Source: Candidatus Thorarchaeota archaeon
Lineage (GTDB): Archaea; Asgardarchaeota; Thorarchaeia; Thorarchaeales; Thorarchaeaceae
Direction of reading: 5' to 3'
Assembly (NCBI GenBank): GCA_019057475.1
Contig: DXJO01000020.1
Coordinates: 32,001-96,000 of the forward strand
DNA length: 64,000 nucleotides
Made by a program: the position numbers and the translations under genes. Of the stretch, positions 9,310-20,081 are shown piece by piece; position 1 is the stretch's first letter, and every line of letters starts with the position of its first letter. The notes beneath the pieces are model-generated. The model was not told the origin of the DNA. It saw only the letters and a program-made list of their open reading frames with translations, and made no database searches.

Positions 9310-12300
9310 ATGACGAAGAGAGATGAGAAGGTGATACTGGTATCCAGTCGCACGTATCTAGGACTATGGCCCTTGGTCAGAGCAATGTGGATAGGTGGAA
9401 CGATTGTATGTGGCCTCTACATGACACTCGTGTACTTGTTACCTCTTGTTGGCCTTATCCAACAGCCACCTGTGCCTCTGAAACTGACTGTCGAGATTAT
9501 TGTTTGTGCACTACCAGTCCTGTCAGGTGGGTTGTTGACCAGTGAGAGAATTCGCAATGATGAATTGTCGGCTTTTATCGATGAGCAATTTCTTGTTATT
9601 CAGCTGGATGGACATGTTGTTGTGACTTGCGTTCTGGAACTTGCTTCTGTGCCTAGCTCAATTGTTGTTGATCCGGGCAAGAAGCCTAGGTATAACACAG
9701 CCATGCTGTTGGCACTACGTGCAGGATTGGATAGTAGAGTTTCCATAGCATATGAGGTGGGAGTGGAGAGAGGGGAACCATTCCTGCGGCTATTCATTAC
9801 AGTATCTGGAAAGAATCTAACCGAGATGAAAGAGATCCTGAGGCGAGAAGCCACACGAACGGAAGCTATTCTTCTAGCTTCTTTAAACGGGGTCGAGGTG
9901 TACCAGCTAGGAGAAGACAAGCTGAGGGGAGCAGTTGAAATAGTACATCACATAGACTCGTTGAGAGAACCCGCAGCATTGGTTCATGGTGACGGGATGC
10001 ATCGGTCACTCACATTTGTTTCGGGAATCCCCCGAGTGGCGCCTTCGATTGATGCATCACAGGTTGGTACATTCATCTCTACTGTAATCAAACAGGGATA
10101 TTCTGTCACGCTTACGTGTGTATTCTCAAGTGCAAAAGCGGGCAGAGAGAGGAGGAGAATGGAAGGAGAATGGAAAAACATTCGCACAAAGGAGTTGAGG
10201 AATGAGGAATCCTTAGCTGATCATGCCACCAAGAGGAAACTTCTAGATCAACATGAGAGAATGCAAGGTGATTCTGGCTGGTTTTACAACTCTGTATATG
10301 TTCATGCTAAAGCAAGAGATGCTGCTGAACTTGAAAGGGTGACAAATGGTGTAAACGGTCTTGTCGCCTCGATTTGGGGTGGGGAGGAAAACATCTCCTT
10401 GAAGAAAAGAAGAATTCGAGGTAGAACTGCATGTAGATTTCTCACCAGACGGCATCTCAAACGTCAAAAAATTCACGTGAGTTCCTTAGTGGGTTACGTA
10501 AACACCCCTGTACAACAGCTTCCTGTAATTGCAGCGACCATGGCTCCAGTCTTTCCAGTTCCGCTGAGAGAGCTGATAGAAAATGAACTGATCATTGGAA
10601 AGACAATCTATGGGGGGCGACGCATTAGTGATATCGGGATTAAACCGGAGTGGCTGAGAGAACATGTTGCAGTTCTCGGTGCTACTGGCACGGGCAAGAC
10701 AAATCTTGTGAAGAAATTGATGCTTGAACTGAGCTTGAAGACTAACGTTCCTTGGTGGGTATTTGATATTAAGGGATCTGAATACGCGGACCTTGCAGGA
10801 TGGGATTCCAACATTCTCATACTCAGTCCGGGAGAAGATGCCTCCTTCGTGATGGATTTGTTAGACACTGAAATGGATTCAAGTGAGATAGATGCACATG
10901 CAACGTTTGCGATTCTAAGGGAGCTCATAAATGAAAGAGGTCTGTCATCTGAACTTTCGCCTGCCATGGAGAAGCTCTTGCGAGAATCAGTAGTGGAGTT
11001 AGCGAAATCAAGACGTAAGACAAAGTCAGTTCAAGCCCTCAACCAGATTATCTCGAAACTGGCTGGCAATGATCGCTTTGGAAACATGACTAGGGATGCG
11101 CTTCTAAACCGTCTTGAAATATTATCACGTGAACCCCTCGGATCCATACTAAGGGGGGGAGCAAAAGCACTCAAGATTTCTACTCTGTTGAACAAGCGTG
11201 TGGTATTCGACATGCGCCACGTTGCACGGGTAGGCGGAATGGATGCTGTCCGGATCCTCTACAATCTTGTTGCCAAGAGAATATTCGATAGTGCGATGAA
11301 GCGGGGAATAAGGCCTGGACTGCATCACGTAGTGGTTCTTGAAGAGGCAAGTAATTTGGTGCCTGAGAGCTATACAAGGCATTCTGCAGCAGATGTCACC
11401 ACTGGCGAGTCAATGGTTATGCTTCAAAGAGCCACCGGACAAGGAGTCATTGTTGTGTCAACAAGGCCAAACATCTCCTCGAACATTTTGGCCAATACTG
11501 CAACCAAGATTACATTTCGTCTGCCTTACGACAGCTCAATTGGGGCGAGGTATATGGCCCTCAATGCTGAACAAGAGGAGTATCTTAAGTCACTGAAGTG
11601 TGGCAGAGCCCTCATTCATGTTCCGAGTTCTAGTACTTTCGAGATCGCAACTAAGCTGTTTGGGCCCATGTCTGAAACCTCAGGGCAAGATGTGAGAGAA
11701 ACGGTCACTCAAGGCTGTGAGAAAACTGAATTCGGTACAGTCATACACGAAACGCGCACTATTACTGAACCTGAGAGTGTAGTGTTTAATCGGTTGGGTG
11801 AGCTGGCGAACCATGTGGTTGCCTTTCTTGCATCCAGAGATATGGCCACTGAGATTGAGATAAGGAATATATTGATGACTCTGGATTCGCAATTTGCAGA
11901 AAACGATATTGCTGAGATAATCCGGGACTTTGTATCTCTGGGAACTATTGCACGCGAAGCACTTTCACTTGTCCCTGGAGGTTTCGTGTTTACACTGCCA
12001 GGCAGAGAACTGGAAGCTGTTAAAGACGTTATTATGGACTACATAATTCAACGTCTGGACTCAGTTCATAACTTTAAATACCAGAAGCTGGATTCGAATG
12101 GGGCACAGTTGATTGTGGGCAATCATGCTATGCTCATCTTGCCAAACCATTTGAAAGCATCTTCCATTGAATCGGTTCTGGAACAGATTGGAGCATGTAT
12201 GAGTGAGCTCGGGAACAACATCAACAAATTGGTGGTAGTGGTAAGAGGAAGTATCGCCGCAGCCAAGCTAAGAGAACTCACTGACCGGTCGGAGGCATTT

Positions 12301-13062
12301 GATGATGTGACTGTAATCTCAGCTTTTCCCAGCTCAATAAACAAGGTGGTGGATGAACTTGTCCACGGGAGGTCCCATCTGAGCGAAATAGTTGAAGAAC
12401 AGCCTGGTGCAGTTGTTAGTTTCTCCGAATCAGAAAAGATTGATTTGAGGGGAGCTGTGCATGAAGTTGGTTCAGCTACGAGTCGTGCAGTCCAAATGCG
12501 TCTCTGGTTTGGTCTAATCGAAGACTTCGTTGGTCTGTCGGATGGACATGTTGCGTGGGATGCTCTTCTAGAATTTATCAAAACTACTGCATTGCAGTCG
12601 CTCAAAGGGAGATCAGCTCCCATGAGTGTCGAGGAAGGCAAACGTGCTCTTACAGAACTCCTTGCTGACGAAGTACTTGTGGCATTGCGTGTGGGGGGCA
12701 AAAAGCGATATACCAATTTTGAAAAGGACCTCTGGATTGTGAATTCATCAGTACTGGGAAATCTCAAGGAAAGAGCAGTCAATCTGCTAATTGGAGAGAT
12801 TGGGAAGCAGAATGGGCCTGTTTCTCTAGGCCATGAATATTACGATTTCTGCGTTGGTAAGAAATCCTATGTTGTATTTCCGACACAGCAACAGCTTAAC
12901 ACACTTCTTAATCTTCATAGTGATTTGGCATGCCGGATTTGTGGGTCGACTCAAGTGATATGCCTCCTAACAGCGGCTGAGTATCTTGATGATAGTGCTA
13001 TAGTTCCAGCGAATTTGACCATGAAGACGATGGACGATGCGATTGCAGAAATGCTAATCTAG
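9310..13062 (+). CDS. Membrane-anchored HerA/FtsK/VirB4-family ATPase with long C-terminal extension
   Basis: Two N-terminal TM helices, HVAVLGATGTGKT, FDIKGSEY, VVVLEEA, STRP..ILAN motifs. Confidence 0.8.
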   Translation: MTKRDEKVILVSSRTYLGLWPLVRAMWIGGTIVCGLYMTLVYLLPLVGLIQQPPVPLKLTVEIIVCALPVLSGGLLTSERIRNDELSAFIDEQFLVIQLDGHVVVTCVLELASVPSSIVVDPGKKPRYNTAMLLALRAGLDSRVSIAYEVGVERGEPFLRLFITVSGKNLTEMKEILRREATRTEAILLASLNGVEVYQLGEDKLRGAVEIVHHIDSLREPAALVHGDGMHRSLTFVSGIPRVAPSIDASQVGTFISTVIKQGYSVTLTCVFSSAKAGRERRRMEGEWKNIRTKELRNEESLADHATKRKLLDQHERMQGDSGWFYNSVYVHAKARDAAELERVTNGVNGLVASIWGGEENISLKKRRIRGRTACRFLTRRHLKRQKIHVSSLVGYVNTPVQQLPVIAATMAPVFPVPLRELIENELIIGKTIYGGRRISDIGIKPEWLREHVAVLGATGTGKTNLVKKLMLELSLKTNVPWWVFDIKGSEYADLAGWDSNILILSPGEDASFVMDLLDTEMDSSEIDAHATFAILRELINERGLSSELSPAMEKLLRESVVELAKSRRKTKSVQALNQIISKLAGNDRFGNMTRDALLNRLEILSREPLGSILRGGAKALKISTLLNKRVVFDMRHVARVGGMDAVRILYNLVAKRIFDSAMKRGIRPGLHHVVVLEEASNLVPESYTRHSAADVTTGESMVMLQRATGQGVIVVSTRPNISSNILANTATKITFRLPYDSSIGARYMALNAEQEEYLKSLKCGRALIHVPSSSTFEIATKLFGPMSETSGQDVRETVTQGCEKTEFGTVIHETRTITEPESVVFNRLGELANHVVAFLASRDMATEIEIRNILMTLDSQFAENDIAEIIRDFVSLGTIAREALSLVPGGFVFTLPGRELEAVKDVIMDYIIQRLDSVHNFKYQKLDSNGAQLIVGNHAMLILPNHLKASSIESVLEQIGACMSELGNNINKLVVVVRGSIAAAKLRELTDRSEAFDDVTVISAFPSSINKVVDELVHGRSHLSEIVEEQPGAVVSFSESEKIDLRGAVHEVGSATSRAVQMRLWFGLIEDFVGLSDGHVAWDALLEFIKTTALQSLKGRSAPMSVEEGKRALTELLADEVLVALRVGGKKRYTNFEKDLWIVNSSVLGNLKERAVNLLIGEIGKQNGPVSLGHEYYDFCVGKKSYVVFPTQQQLNTLLNLHSDLACRICGSTQVICLLTAAEYLDDSAIVPANLTMKTMDDAIAEMLI

Positions 13063-13066
13063 TGTT

Positions 13067-13870
13067 TTAGAATTCTATTCTGGTACAAGTAGTTGATTTG
13101 CCTTCGAGAAGAGAGGTTAGACGCCCTGGAGCCGTGAGGTTGAAGATTGCAACTAGAGTTGTGTAATTGGCTAGCTCAAGAAGCTCCTGTGTCTTCTGTG
13201 TCATACCTCCTGTGACATCTATGGCTGCGGAAGTCCCTGTACCTGCGAGGACAGAATCCTTGTTGGAACTGTCAATCACAGACACGAGTGTGGCATTCGG
13301 GTTGACACGGGGATCTTCTTCGAATATGCCATCTACATCTGTGCCGATGAATACTCTTTGGATATCCAATGCTTTGGCTAGGTAGACCGAAATAGTATCG
13401 CCGCTTAGGATGGATGCCCCTTGAATATCGTCAAGGCACACATCGCCGTGGATGATGACTGTACAGCGCGCCTTAAGAGCCCCTTTGATTATGTCTGTTG
13501 GAAAGCTCGATATCACGCCATCGTGCATGCTAACTGAGGAAAATGGCGGAATTACAACAGATGGGATGCCATTGGCGTTTAGCGCTTGTTCAACCTCAAG
13601 TGATAGCAGCGTCATATTGTGCCGTATCGATGGGATGCCTGCAAGAAGTTTCTCTGGTGGAGTAGATGAATCTCCAAATCCATAAGCGTGTGCAGCTTGG
13701 TGACCATGTGCACCCCCTCCGAGAACGACAATTAGAGGTCCTTTGTGAGCTCGGATCTCTTTGGCAATACGATTAATTGCCACCTCGTTGACAGTAGGCG
13801 GAGAGAGTTTTTTTTGAGTTATTACTGAACCACCCAGTTTCACAAGTGTAAGAGATTTCAAATGTAACAC
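13067..13870 (-). CDS. ipk: Isopentenyl phosphate kinase
   Basis: KLGGSVIT, GGGAHGH, HGD, SGD, DVTGGM. Confidence 0.85.
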   Translation of the reverse strand: MLHLKSLTLVKLGGSVITQKKLSPPTVNEVAINRIAKEIRAHKGPLIVVLGGGAHGHQAAHAYGFGDSSTPPEKLLAGIPSIRHNMTLLSLEVEQALNANGIPSVVIPPFSSVSMHDGVISSFPTDIIKGALKARCTVIIHGDVCLDDIQGASILSGDTISVYLAKALDIQRVFIGTDVDGIFEEDPRVNPNATLVSVIDSSNKDSVLAGTGTSAAIDVTGGMTQKTQELLELANYTTLVAIFNLTAPGRLTSLLEGKSTTCTRIEF

Positions 13871-14059
13871 TTAGGTTCGGAGAGGAATTGCGTGCTTATT
13901 GATATACCGTACATTGAATTTTGGACAAAGCTGACCATTATACTGCTATTCGTCTAGGAGCAGCTGCATACCTTCATGATGCGCCCCACAAGACAATCTT
14001 TTTATCGGGATGCAAGACGGTTGCCTCGGATGCCCTACCAAGTGGAGCTGTAATTCCAA

Positions 14060-14371
14060 ATGACTCAGAAAGCCAGAATTCGACTATCAAGCACAAGTAC
14101 AGAAGACCTTGATGGTGTTTGCAATCAAATTAAGCGCATAACACGCAAAACAGGCGTCCGAATGGCGGGGCCTATTCCGCTGCCAACCCGACGAATGGTA
14201 GTACCTACTCGCAAGACCCCATGTGGTCAAGGCACCGAATCGTGGGATAAATGGGAAATGAGAATTCACAAACGTCTAATAGATATTGACGCGGATGAAC
14301 GTGCAATACGTCAGATAATGCGTGTGAGAATTCCAGACTCGGTATACATCGAGATTGAGCTAACTGGCTAG
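14060..14371 (+). CDS. rps10: 30S ribosomal protein uS10
   Basis: [26 protein letters not shown]. Confidence 0.97.
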   Translation: MTQKARIRLSSTSTEDLDGVCNQIKRITRKTGVRMAGPIPLPTRRMVVPTRKTPCGQGTESWDKWEMRIHKRLIDIDADERAIRQIMRVRIPDSVYIEIELTG

Positions 14372-14456
14372 TTGGTCAACATTTATCTCTTTCACAAACT
14401 CTTTCAAGTTAGTGTAAGTAAGGTCAGTCACAGCAGTTTCTTGGGGCATCTTTGAG

Positions 14457-16280
14457 ATGTGCGGAATAATCGGTGTCGTTCAAGGGCGAGGCGAGGTTGC
14501 CTCATTTCTTCATCAAGCCCTGAAACGTCTTGAGTATAGGGGTTACGATTCCGTAGGCATTACCACTATTGCGGACAATCACCTGCACACAAAGAAAGAC
14601 AAAGGCAAGGTCGATGACGTTCACAGGAGTCTGAACCTTGATGACCTTCCAGGATCCATTGGAATAGGTCACACTCGCTGGGCAACACATGGTATTCCGT
14701 CGCTCATGAATTCGCATCCACATTTTGACTGCAAAAACGAGATAGCCGTAATACATAATGGAGTGATAGACAATTTCCTTCAACTAAGAACAGACTTGTG
14801 TTCAAGAGGTCATAAGTTCAAATCTGAAACAGATACAGAAATAATTCCGCATTTGATTGAGGAGTATATGAAAGAGGGGATGGACCTTGCGACGGCCCTC
14901 AAAGAGGTCACAAGGCAGATTGAGGGTACTTATGCCATAGTAGCAATGTCAACAAAGGAGCCCAAGAAGATTGTATGCACACGCAATGGTAACCCGCTTG
15001 TTCTTGGAAGGGAAGAAGGTGTATCGTATGTTTCCTCGGATATTCCAGCATTCCTGCCGATGACTAGCAACATGATTCTCCTGCTAGATGGTGAGATGGC
15101 TACATTATCAGTGGATGGTGTTGAAATCAGGAAACTCAGCGATAACACGCTTGTGAATCGGGAAACAATCAAGATAAGCTGGACAGCAGATCAAGCGCAG
15201 AAGAGTGGATTTCCGCATTTCATGTTGAAAGAAATACATGAACAGCCCGATGCGATAAGGAATACACTTCGGTTGAAACCAGAAGTAATTGAGGGTGCTG
15301 CCAAGCTCATACACAATGCACGACGAGTCTATCTGCTTGCAATGGGAACATCTGGACATGCCGCAATGGCATCACGTCACATGTTTGCATCAATCGCTGG
15401 AATCCTTCCGACCTTTGAACTGGCTAGTGATTTCCCAGACACAGTATATGGCGCCTTATCCAAAGATGATCGTATAGTTGCAATCACACAGTCTGGGGAA
15501 ACAACTGACACGATTACAGCTGTCAAGTACGCGCAGAAATTTGGTGCCAAGGTGCTTGCAATAACAAATGTGGTGGGTAGTTCCATCACGAGAATGGCTG
15601 ATTATACCGTTATCACACAAGCAGGGCCTGAGATTGGCGTGGCTGCTACGAAGACATTCATGGTCCAGCTCACTTCGCTTGCTCAAATTGCACTGGCCCT
15701 TGGAGAGCTTACGGGGTTCATGGATTCCAAAGAGATAGAGAGAAAACGTCAATCTTTGCAAGGAATTCCCGAGATTGTTTCAAGTGTTATCTCAACACAA
15801 GAAGAAAGAGCAAGGCGATTAGCTGGCATTCTCTATGACAGACCGAGTCTTCTGTTCTTGGGACGAGGGGTTTCTATGGCTACAGCATACGAAGGGGCTC
15901 TTAAGCTCAAGGAGATTGCTTACAATCATGCGGAGGGATACTCTGCGGGCGAATCCAAACACGGGCCAATCGCCCTTGTTCAGGGCGACTATCCGGTCAT
16001 ATTCGTGGTGCCCAATGATGGAACCAGAAGTACCATAATTGGAAATATTATGGAGATGAAAGCGAGAGGGGCGTCCATTATATCTGTCATCGAGGAGGGC
16101 GATACTGACTTGGATAGCTTATCAGATCACACATTCACGGTTCCTGCGGGAGTTGAGCCGGAGTTCTCAACAATGGTGTACGTGGTTCCTTTGCAACTGT
16201 TTAGTTACTACATGGCGACAAGAAATGGATACGATCCTGACAAACCTCGAAACCTTGCCAAGTCAGTTACTGTGCTTTGA
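14457..16280 (+). CDS. glmS: Glutamine-fructose-6-phosphate aminotransferase
   Basis: MCGIIG, LEYRGYDS, GHTRWATHG, PRNLAKSVTV. Confidence 0.97.
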   Translation: MCGIIGVVQGRGEVASFLHQALKRLEYRGYDSVGITTIADNHLHTKKDKGKVDDVHRSLNLDDLPGSIGIGHTRWATHGIPSLMNSHPHFDCKNEIAVIHNGVIDNFLQLRTDLCSRGHKFKSETDTEIIPHLIEEYMKEGMDLATALKEVTRQIEGTYAIVAMSTKEPKKIVCTRNGNPLVLGREEGVSYVSSDIPAFLPMTSNMILLLDGEMATLSVDGVEIRKLSDNTLVNRETIKISWTADQAQKSGFPHFMLKEIHEQPDAIRNTLRLKPEVIEGAAKLIHNARRVYLLAMGTSGHAAMASRHMFASIAGILPTFELASDFPDTVYGALSKDDRIVAITQSGETTDTITAVKYAQKFGAKVLAITNVVGSSITRMADYTVITQAGPEIGVAATKTFMVQLTSLAQIALALGELTGFMDSKEIERKRQSLQGIPEIVSSVISTQEERARRLAGILYDRPSLLFLGRGVSMATAYEGALKLKEIAYNHAEGYSAGESKHGPIALVQGDYPVIFVVPNDGTRSTIIGNIMEMKARGASIISVIEEGDTDLDSLSDHTFTVPAGVEPEFSTMVYVVPLQLFSYYMATRNGYDPDKPRNLAKSVTVL

Positions 16281-16325
16281 GGACCTTAAATCCTTCATTG
16301 ATGAGTAGACTACTGTGAGAAGCCA

Positions 16326-16574
16326 ATGTTCTTCGAATTGCTAAGCCCACTTGCTGATTTCGCGATTCTCATTGCAGGGTATTTTGGCGAGATATGGGAC
16401 TTTTTGATTTTTATTGGCCAAGTTTCGGCAAGCATTATTGTGCTCATCGGAGCGATACTATGGTTTACAGAAGCCAATATGAAGAGAGGTAAGGGATTAG
16501 TGTTTAGTGGCATACTTTTAGCAGTTGTAATTCAGTACTTCGTCATGTATCCTCCAGTGTTCAGCCTTGGTTAG
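16326..16574 (+). CDS. Small membrane protein
   Basis: Two to three hydrophobic helices, fills intergenic gap. Confidence 0.55.
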   Translation: MFFELLSPLADFAILIAGYFGEIWDFLIFIGQVSASIIVLIGAILWFTEANMKRGKGLVFSGILLAVVIQYFVMYPPVFSLG

Positions 16575-16594
16575 TGAAATGCATTTAATCCATA

Positions 16595-17812
16595 TCAGAG
16601 CAAATGATTGCATATCAAACGGAGACCGTCTATCAAACGATCGATGTCTTCAAGAGAATTGTAGGCATGCAAGGAGGCCTGTACAATTCCTTCCGAAGAT
16701 ATGGGCTTGATTAGGGGATGGGCACAGACAAGTCCACTTCTTACAGCTATATTCGACTCGTCCAGAAAGAGAGCGACATCATGACAGCTCATGCTGCCGT
16801 CGCTTCCTAGGTTGAATCCAAAGATGGTGTTTCTGTCGTTTGGCGTACCATATACAGTCAAGCATTTCATGTCATTCAGTCGGTCAGCCATATGACGGGA
16901 GATTATCCTCATGTAGCTATGAAAGTTATTTTGATGGAGATGAGATAGATAATCGATTGCTGCTCCCAGGCCAACAATAGCAGGAATATTGATTGTTCCA
17001 GATTCGAACTTGTCAGGTTGAAATGAAGACTCGAATGAGGTTTTCTCTACGTTTGCCACTGAAGATCCCCCTACGATTCCAGGGATATGTTTGGTGCCTA
17101 GTGTCCTTGTGACCCATTGCACTGAAAAACCTGGAGGACCCATTAACCCAATGTTGCCCGAGAATAGTAGAATGTCCGCTTTTAGTAAAGTAGGTGATGT
17201 ATCAAGGAAAGCAACAGAACGCGAGATATCAGTCAGGAGCAAGGATTCGTTCTCGTGGGCAATTCTTGCGACTTCTTCAATTGGGTTGGACATACCGATG
17301 CCAACAGTCACATGACCAACTGCGACAATTCCCGTCTTCTCATCGATTGTGTCCTTGAGCGTTTCCATGTTTAAAATTCCATTCTTGTCTACGGGGATTG
17401 TTTCAACTTGAAGATTGAGAACCTGGGCTGCTCTCAGGAGTGCAACTAATACTGAATGTTCCTCACTCTGAGAGATGATGATTTTGTTTCGTTGCTCCTT
17501 TTTCCAATCATAGCCGTACACAAGAGAAGCAACCGCTGATGGAATTGACTTTTGAAAGGAAACCTGCGCCTTGTCAGTGTTCAAGAATGTAGCTAGCTTT
17601 GCACGAACGTCTTCGACGATGGCGCTTCCATTGACTGCTAGTTTGTAGGCTCCACGTCGTGAAGACACCACTGTTGACGTTAGAAATGTGGTCATCGCAT
17701 CTATAGCAGTCTTCGGAACCAATGTGGTGCTCGCTGAATCGAAGTAGGCAAGGTCCGGATTGTCGTCATAGATGCCAAATTCCTTCTTCACATCATCCGG
17801 ATTGATTGGCAT
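16595..17812 (-). CDS. SufS/cysteine desulfurase-like class V aminotransferase, degenerate PLP site
   Basis: YFDSASTT, KFESGTIN, VRSGLVCA; SGHK replaced by SGNI. Confidence 0.8.
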   Translation of the reverse strand: MPINPDDVKKEFGIYDDNPDLAYFDSASTTLVPKTAIDAMTTFLTSTVVSSRRGAYKLAVNGSAIVEDVRAKLATFLNTDKAQVSFQKSIPSAVASLVYGYDWKKEQRNKIIISQSEEHSVLVALLRAAQVLNLQVETIPVDKNGILNMETLKDTIDEKTGIVAVGHVTVGIGMSNPIEEVARIAHENESLLLTDISRSVAFLDTSPTLLKADILLFSGNIGLMGPPGFSVQWVTRTLGTKHIPGIVGGSSVANVEKTSFESSFQPDKFESGTINIPAIVGLGAAIDYLSHLHQNNFHSYMRIISRHMADRLNDMKCLTVYGTPNDRNTIFGFNLGSDGSMSCHDVALFLDESNIAVRSGLVCAHPLIKPISSEGIVQASLHAYNSLEDIDRLIDGLRLICNHLL

Positions 17813-17868
17813 GGTTTGACATCGTTTGCTACACGTTTTTAACATCGTGTTATGGTTGGTCTTTCTGA

Positions 17869-18879
17869 TTGGTATTGAATCTCCAAGCTGTTGAGGGGTT
17901 TTTCCTTGTCACCGATGACGATCACATCTTTGAGGTGAAAGGTGTTGTTCATCCCAAGAATCGAGTAGTGGCATACCTGAGGTATTTGCCCGCCCAAGAT
18001 GGAAACCGTGTTTCTTCAAGTGGGGTTCGATATAGAAAAATTACTTCGTTGAAAGAACGTGAAGCCTATCTACAAGGAAAGCATAACGAATACCTCTGGT
18101 TTGATGAAACTCGTGGACGGCTCTTGCAAGCTGTGTCCTTGAATAGGATTGCATTTGTCCTTGACCCAGTTGATTGTCTGCGTCAGTTTAGAGATATGGG
18201 GCGACATTCAAGCTCATTGCAGCAGGCGTCTTTGGACTTGGTCCAAACATTGACTGACATAGCGGGGATTGAATGGGGAGCCATTGGGCTTACAGGGTCT
18301 CAACTGGTTGGACTTGCCTCGAGTGAATCTGACATTGACCTCGTAATTTATGGTGAAAAGCCGGCAAGAAAGGTGTACTCCATTCTGAAAGAACGGTTTC
18401 ATGCGATCGAGGATTTGGATTGGTATGCAGGCAAGCTACTGGATAAGCATGTAACATTCAGATGGGGTGAGAATCCTCGATGGCGTGATGTTTTGCGGAA
18501 GGTCGAATCAGACAAGGTGTTACAAGGAATCTTCGGCGGATACGAATTTTTCATTCGGATGGTCAAATCATCGGATGAGGTTGGATGTGAGTATGAGGAC
18601 TTTGAGATTCATAATGAAGGAATGCTAACAGTCAAGTGTCATGTGACTGATGATCATGATTCAATCTTCACTCCGTGTGCGTATGGGGTTCTATGCGATG
18701 GACTTGGCAATCTAAGGAAACTTGTGAGCTACCGAGGACGTTTCACAGAGCAAGTTTCAAAGGGAATGGATGTGGAAGCCAAAGGACGACTTGAATCCGT
18801 TACAGATAGACGGTCTGGAGAAGAGTTCAGCCAGTTAATGCTTGGAGAGAATTGGGATGATTACCTAATACCCCTTTGA
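17869..18879 (+). CDS. Predicted nucleotidyltransferase (COG1665-like)
   Basis: VKGVVHP..AYLRY, GLTGSQLVG..SDIDLVIYG. Confidence 0.75.
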   Translation: MVLNLQAVEGFFLVTDDDHIFEVKGVVHPKNRVVAYLRYLPAQDGNRVSSSGVRYRKITSLKEREAYLQGKHNEYLWFDETRGRLLQAVSLNRIAFVLDPVDCLRQFRDMGRHSSSLQQASLDLVQTLTDIAGIEWGAIGLTGSQLVGLASSESDIDLVIYGEKPARKVYSILKERFHAIEDLDWYAGKLLDKHVTFRWGENPRWRDVLRKVESDKVLQGIFGGYEFFIRMVKSSDEVGCEYEDFEIHNEGMLTVKCHVTDDHDSIFTPCAYGVLCDGLGNLRKLVSYRGRFTEQVSKGMDVEAKGRLESVTDRRSGEEFSQLMLGENWDDYLIPL

Positions 18880-18886
18880 TTATCAA

Positions 18887-19319
18887 ATTCACCACATTAA
18901 CACTAGTTCACACCATTCTGTTGTGAATGGCGCCATAATTGTGAATCGTCCAGAGAAATCGGGGGCTATAAGCCTCCATTGTATGCAAAAGGAGTTCATA
19001 ATGCCGGTCATCCTTGTGAATGGACACACCCCTCCGTTTCCACTGGAACTGAGCAAGAAGAATTCTTTATCCCTTGTAGGCTATTCACAAGCCACATATT
19101 CTAGTGAATGCTTGAAGATATGGAGGAATCGCCTATTTTTCCAATTAAGGGGCGGATAGGCCTTATTATATTCATTACGGAGTGTAGAGCATGTCACCAC
19201 AGGAGAATCGTGATGGGGGGGTCTTGAACGTATACAGACGCAATATCTTGCGCTTACCCAGGTATTGGCAATTCACATACTCACATTTATTTGCAGAATG
19301 TGTGTAATTCATTGTGAAT
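18887..19319. repeat. Cluster of TTGTGAAT motifs
   Basis: Exact at 18921, 18939, 19014, 19083 (rc), 19312; variants at 18887, 19102, 19271. Confidence 0.75.
19026..19049 (-). promoter_or_regulatory. Canonical ORB element (GTTCCAGTGGAAACGGAGGGGTGT)
   Basis: Matches archaeal ORB consensus with G-string; degenerate inverted copy at 18948-18965. Confidence 0.8.
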
Positions 19320-19359
19320 AGCAATAATATGGACCGCTTATTCGGAGAGTGATGAAATC

Positions 19360-19986
19360 ATGGCGGAAGGTGAAAGAACCAATTACGTTTACGAGTTCAC
19401 TTACAGCTCTGGACCTGGTTTACGCGAGATCTTTCAATGCAAATACGTCAGACCAGATGAAGCTCTCAACCGATTTCAGAAGATTCTTTCACTTACCCAA
19501 TCGCCCTTTGACTTCAAGATTCTGGTTTCTGACGAGTCGACTGGAGAAGAGTCAAGCTTCCAAGTAAAAGGGAACCCTGAAGAGATGGTTGGAAAGTTTA
19601 AGGTTTTCTTAGAAACCAGTACAGGCTGCACATTTGCCCCAACAGTTGAAGAGTTGGCAGATGTGGATTTCGAAGACATTAGCTATGAATCTATGAGCAA
19701 CTATGAGAAGATGCAGATGATAATCTATGCCTCGTTCAAACATGGAAAATTCTCATCATTGGATGTGGCAGAGATCTATGAATCTACGTTTGAGGAAGAC
19801 CTGCCGAAAAGCACTGCATCAACGTACCTTGCACGTATGTGGAACAACGGCGAGGCCCATCTGGAGAGACATGGCAACAGATCCGGTTATACATACCGTC
19901 TCAAGACAGAGCTGCCAGAAGTTCAAAGTGACATTGAAAGAGCAGAAGAGGTACTAGCAGCGATTCAGATACGAATTGGTAAGTAA
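19360..19986 (+). CDS. Hypothetical protein with C-terminal winged-helix domain
   Basis: FSSLDVAEIY..LPKSTASTYLARM..LERHGNRSGYTYRL wHTH pattern. Confidence 0.7.
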   Translation: MAEGERTNYVYEFTYSSGPGLREIFQCKYVRPDEALNRFQKILSLTQSPFDFKILVSDESTGEESSFQVKGNPEEMVGKFKVFLETSTGCTFAPTVEELADVDFEDISYESMSNYEKMQMIIYASFKHGKFSSLDVAEIYESTFEEDLPKSTASTYLARMWNNGEAHLERHGNRSGYTYRLKTELPEVQSDIERAEEVLAAIQIRIGK

Positions 19987-20081
19987 GTTGTTCCTTAGAG
20001 TAACTATACTGCATGGATTGCTCTATTCTTGAGGGGGTAAGCTTGTGTCCTTGTGAGTGACCCCGAGTTAGGGGTGCTGGC

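Noticed and set aside
12123-12782. 219-aa antisense ORF and the many other short shadow ORFs
   Set aside because: Nested opposite well-supported genes, with antisense-typical composition and no motifs
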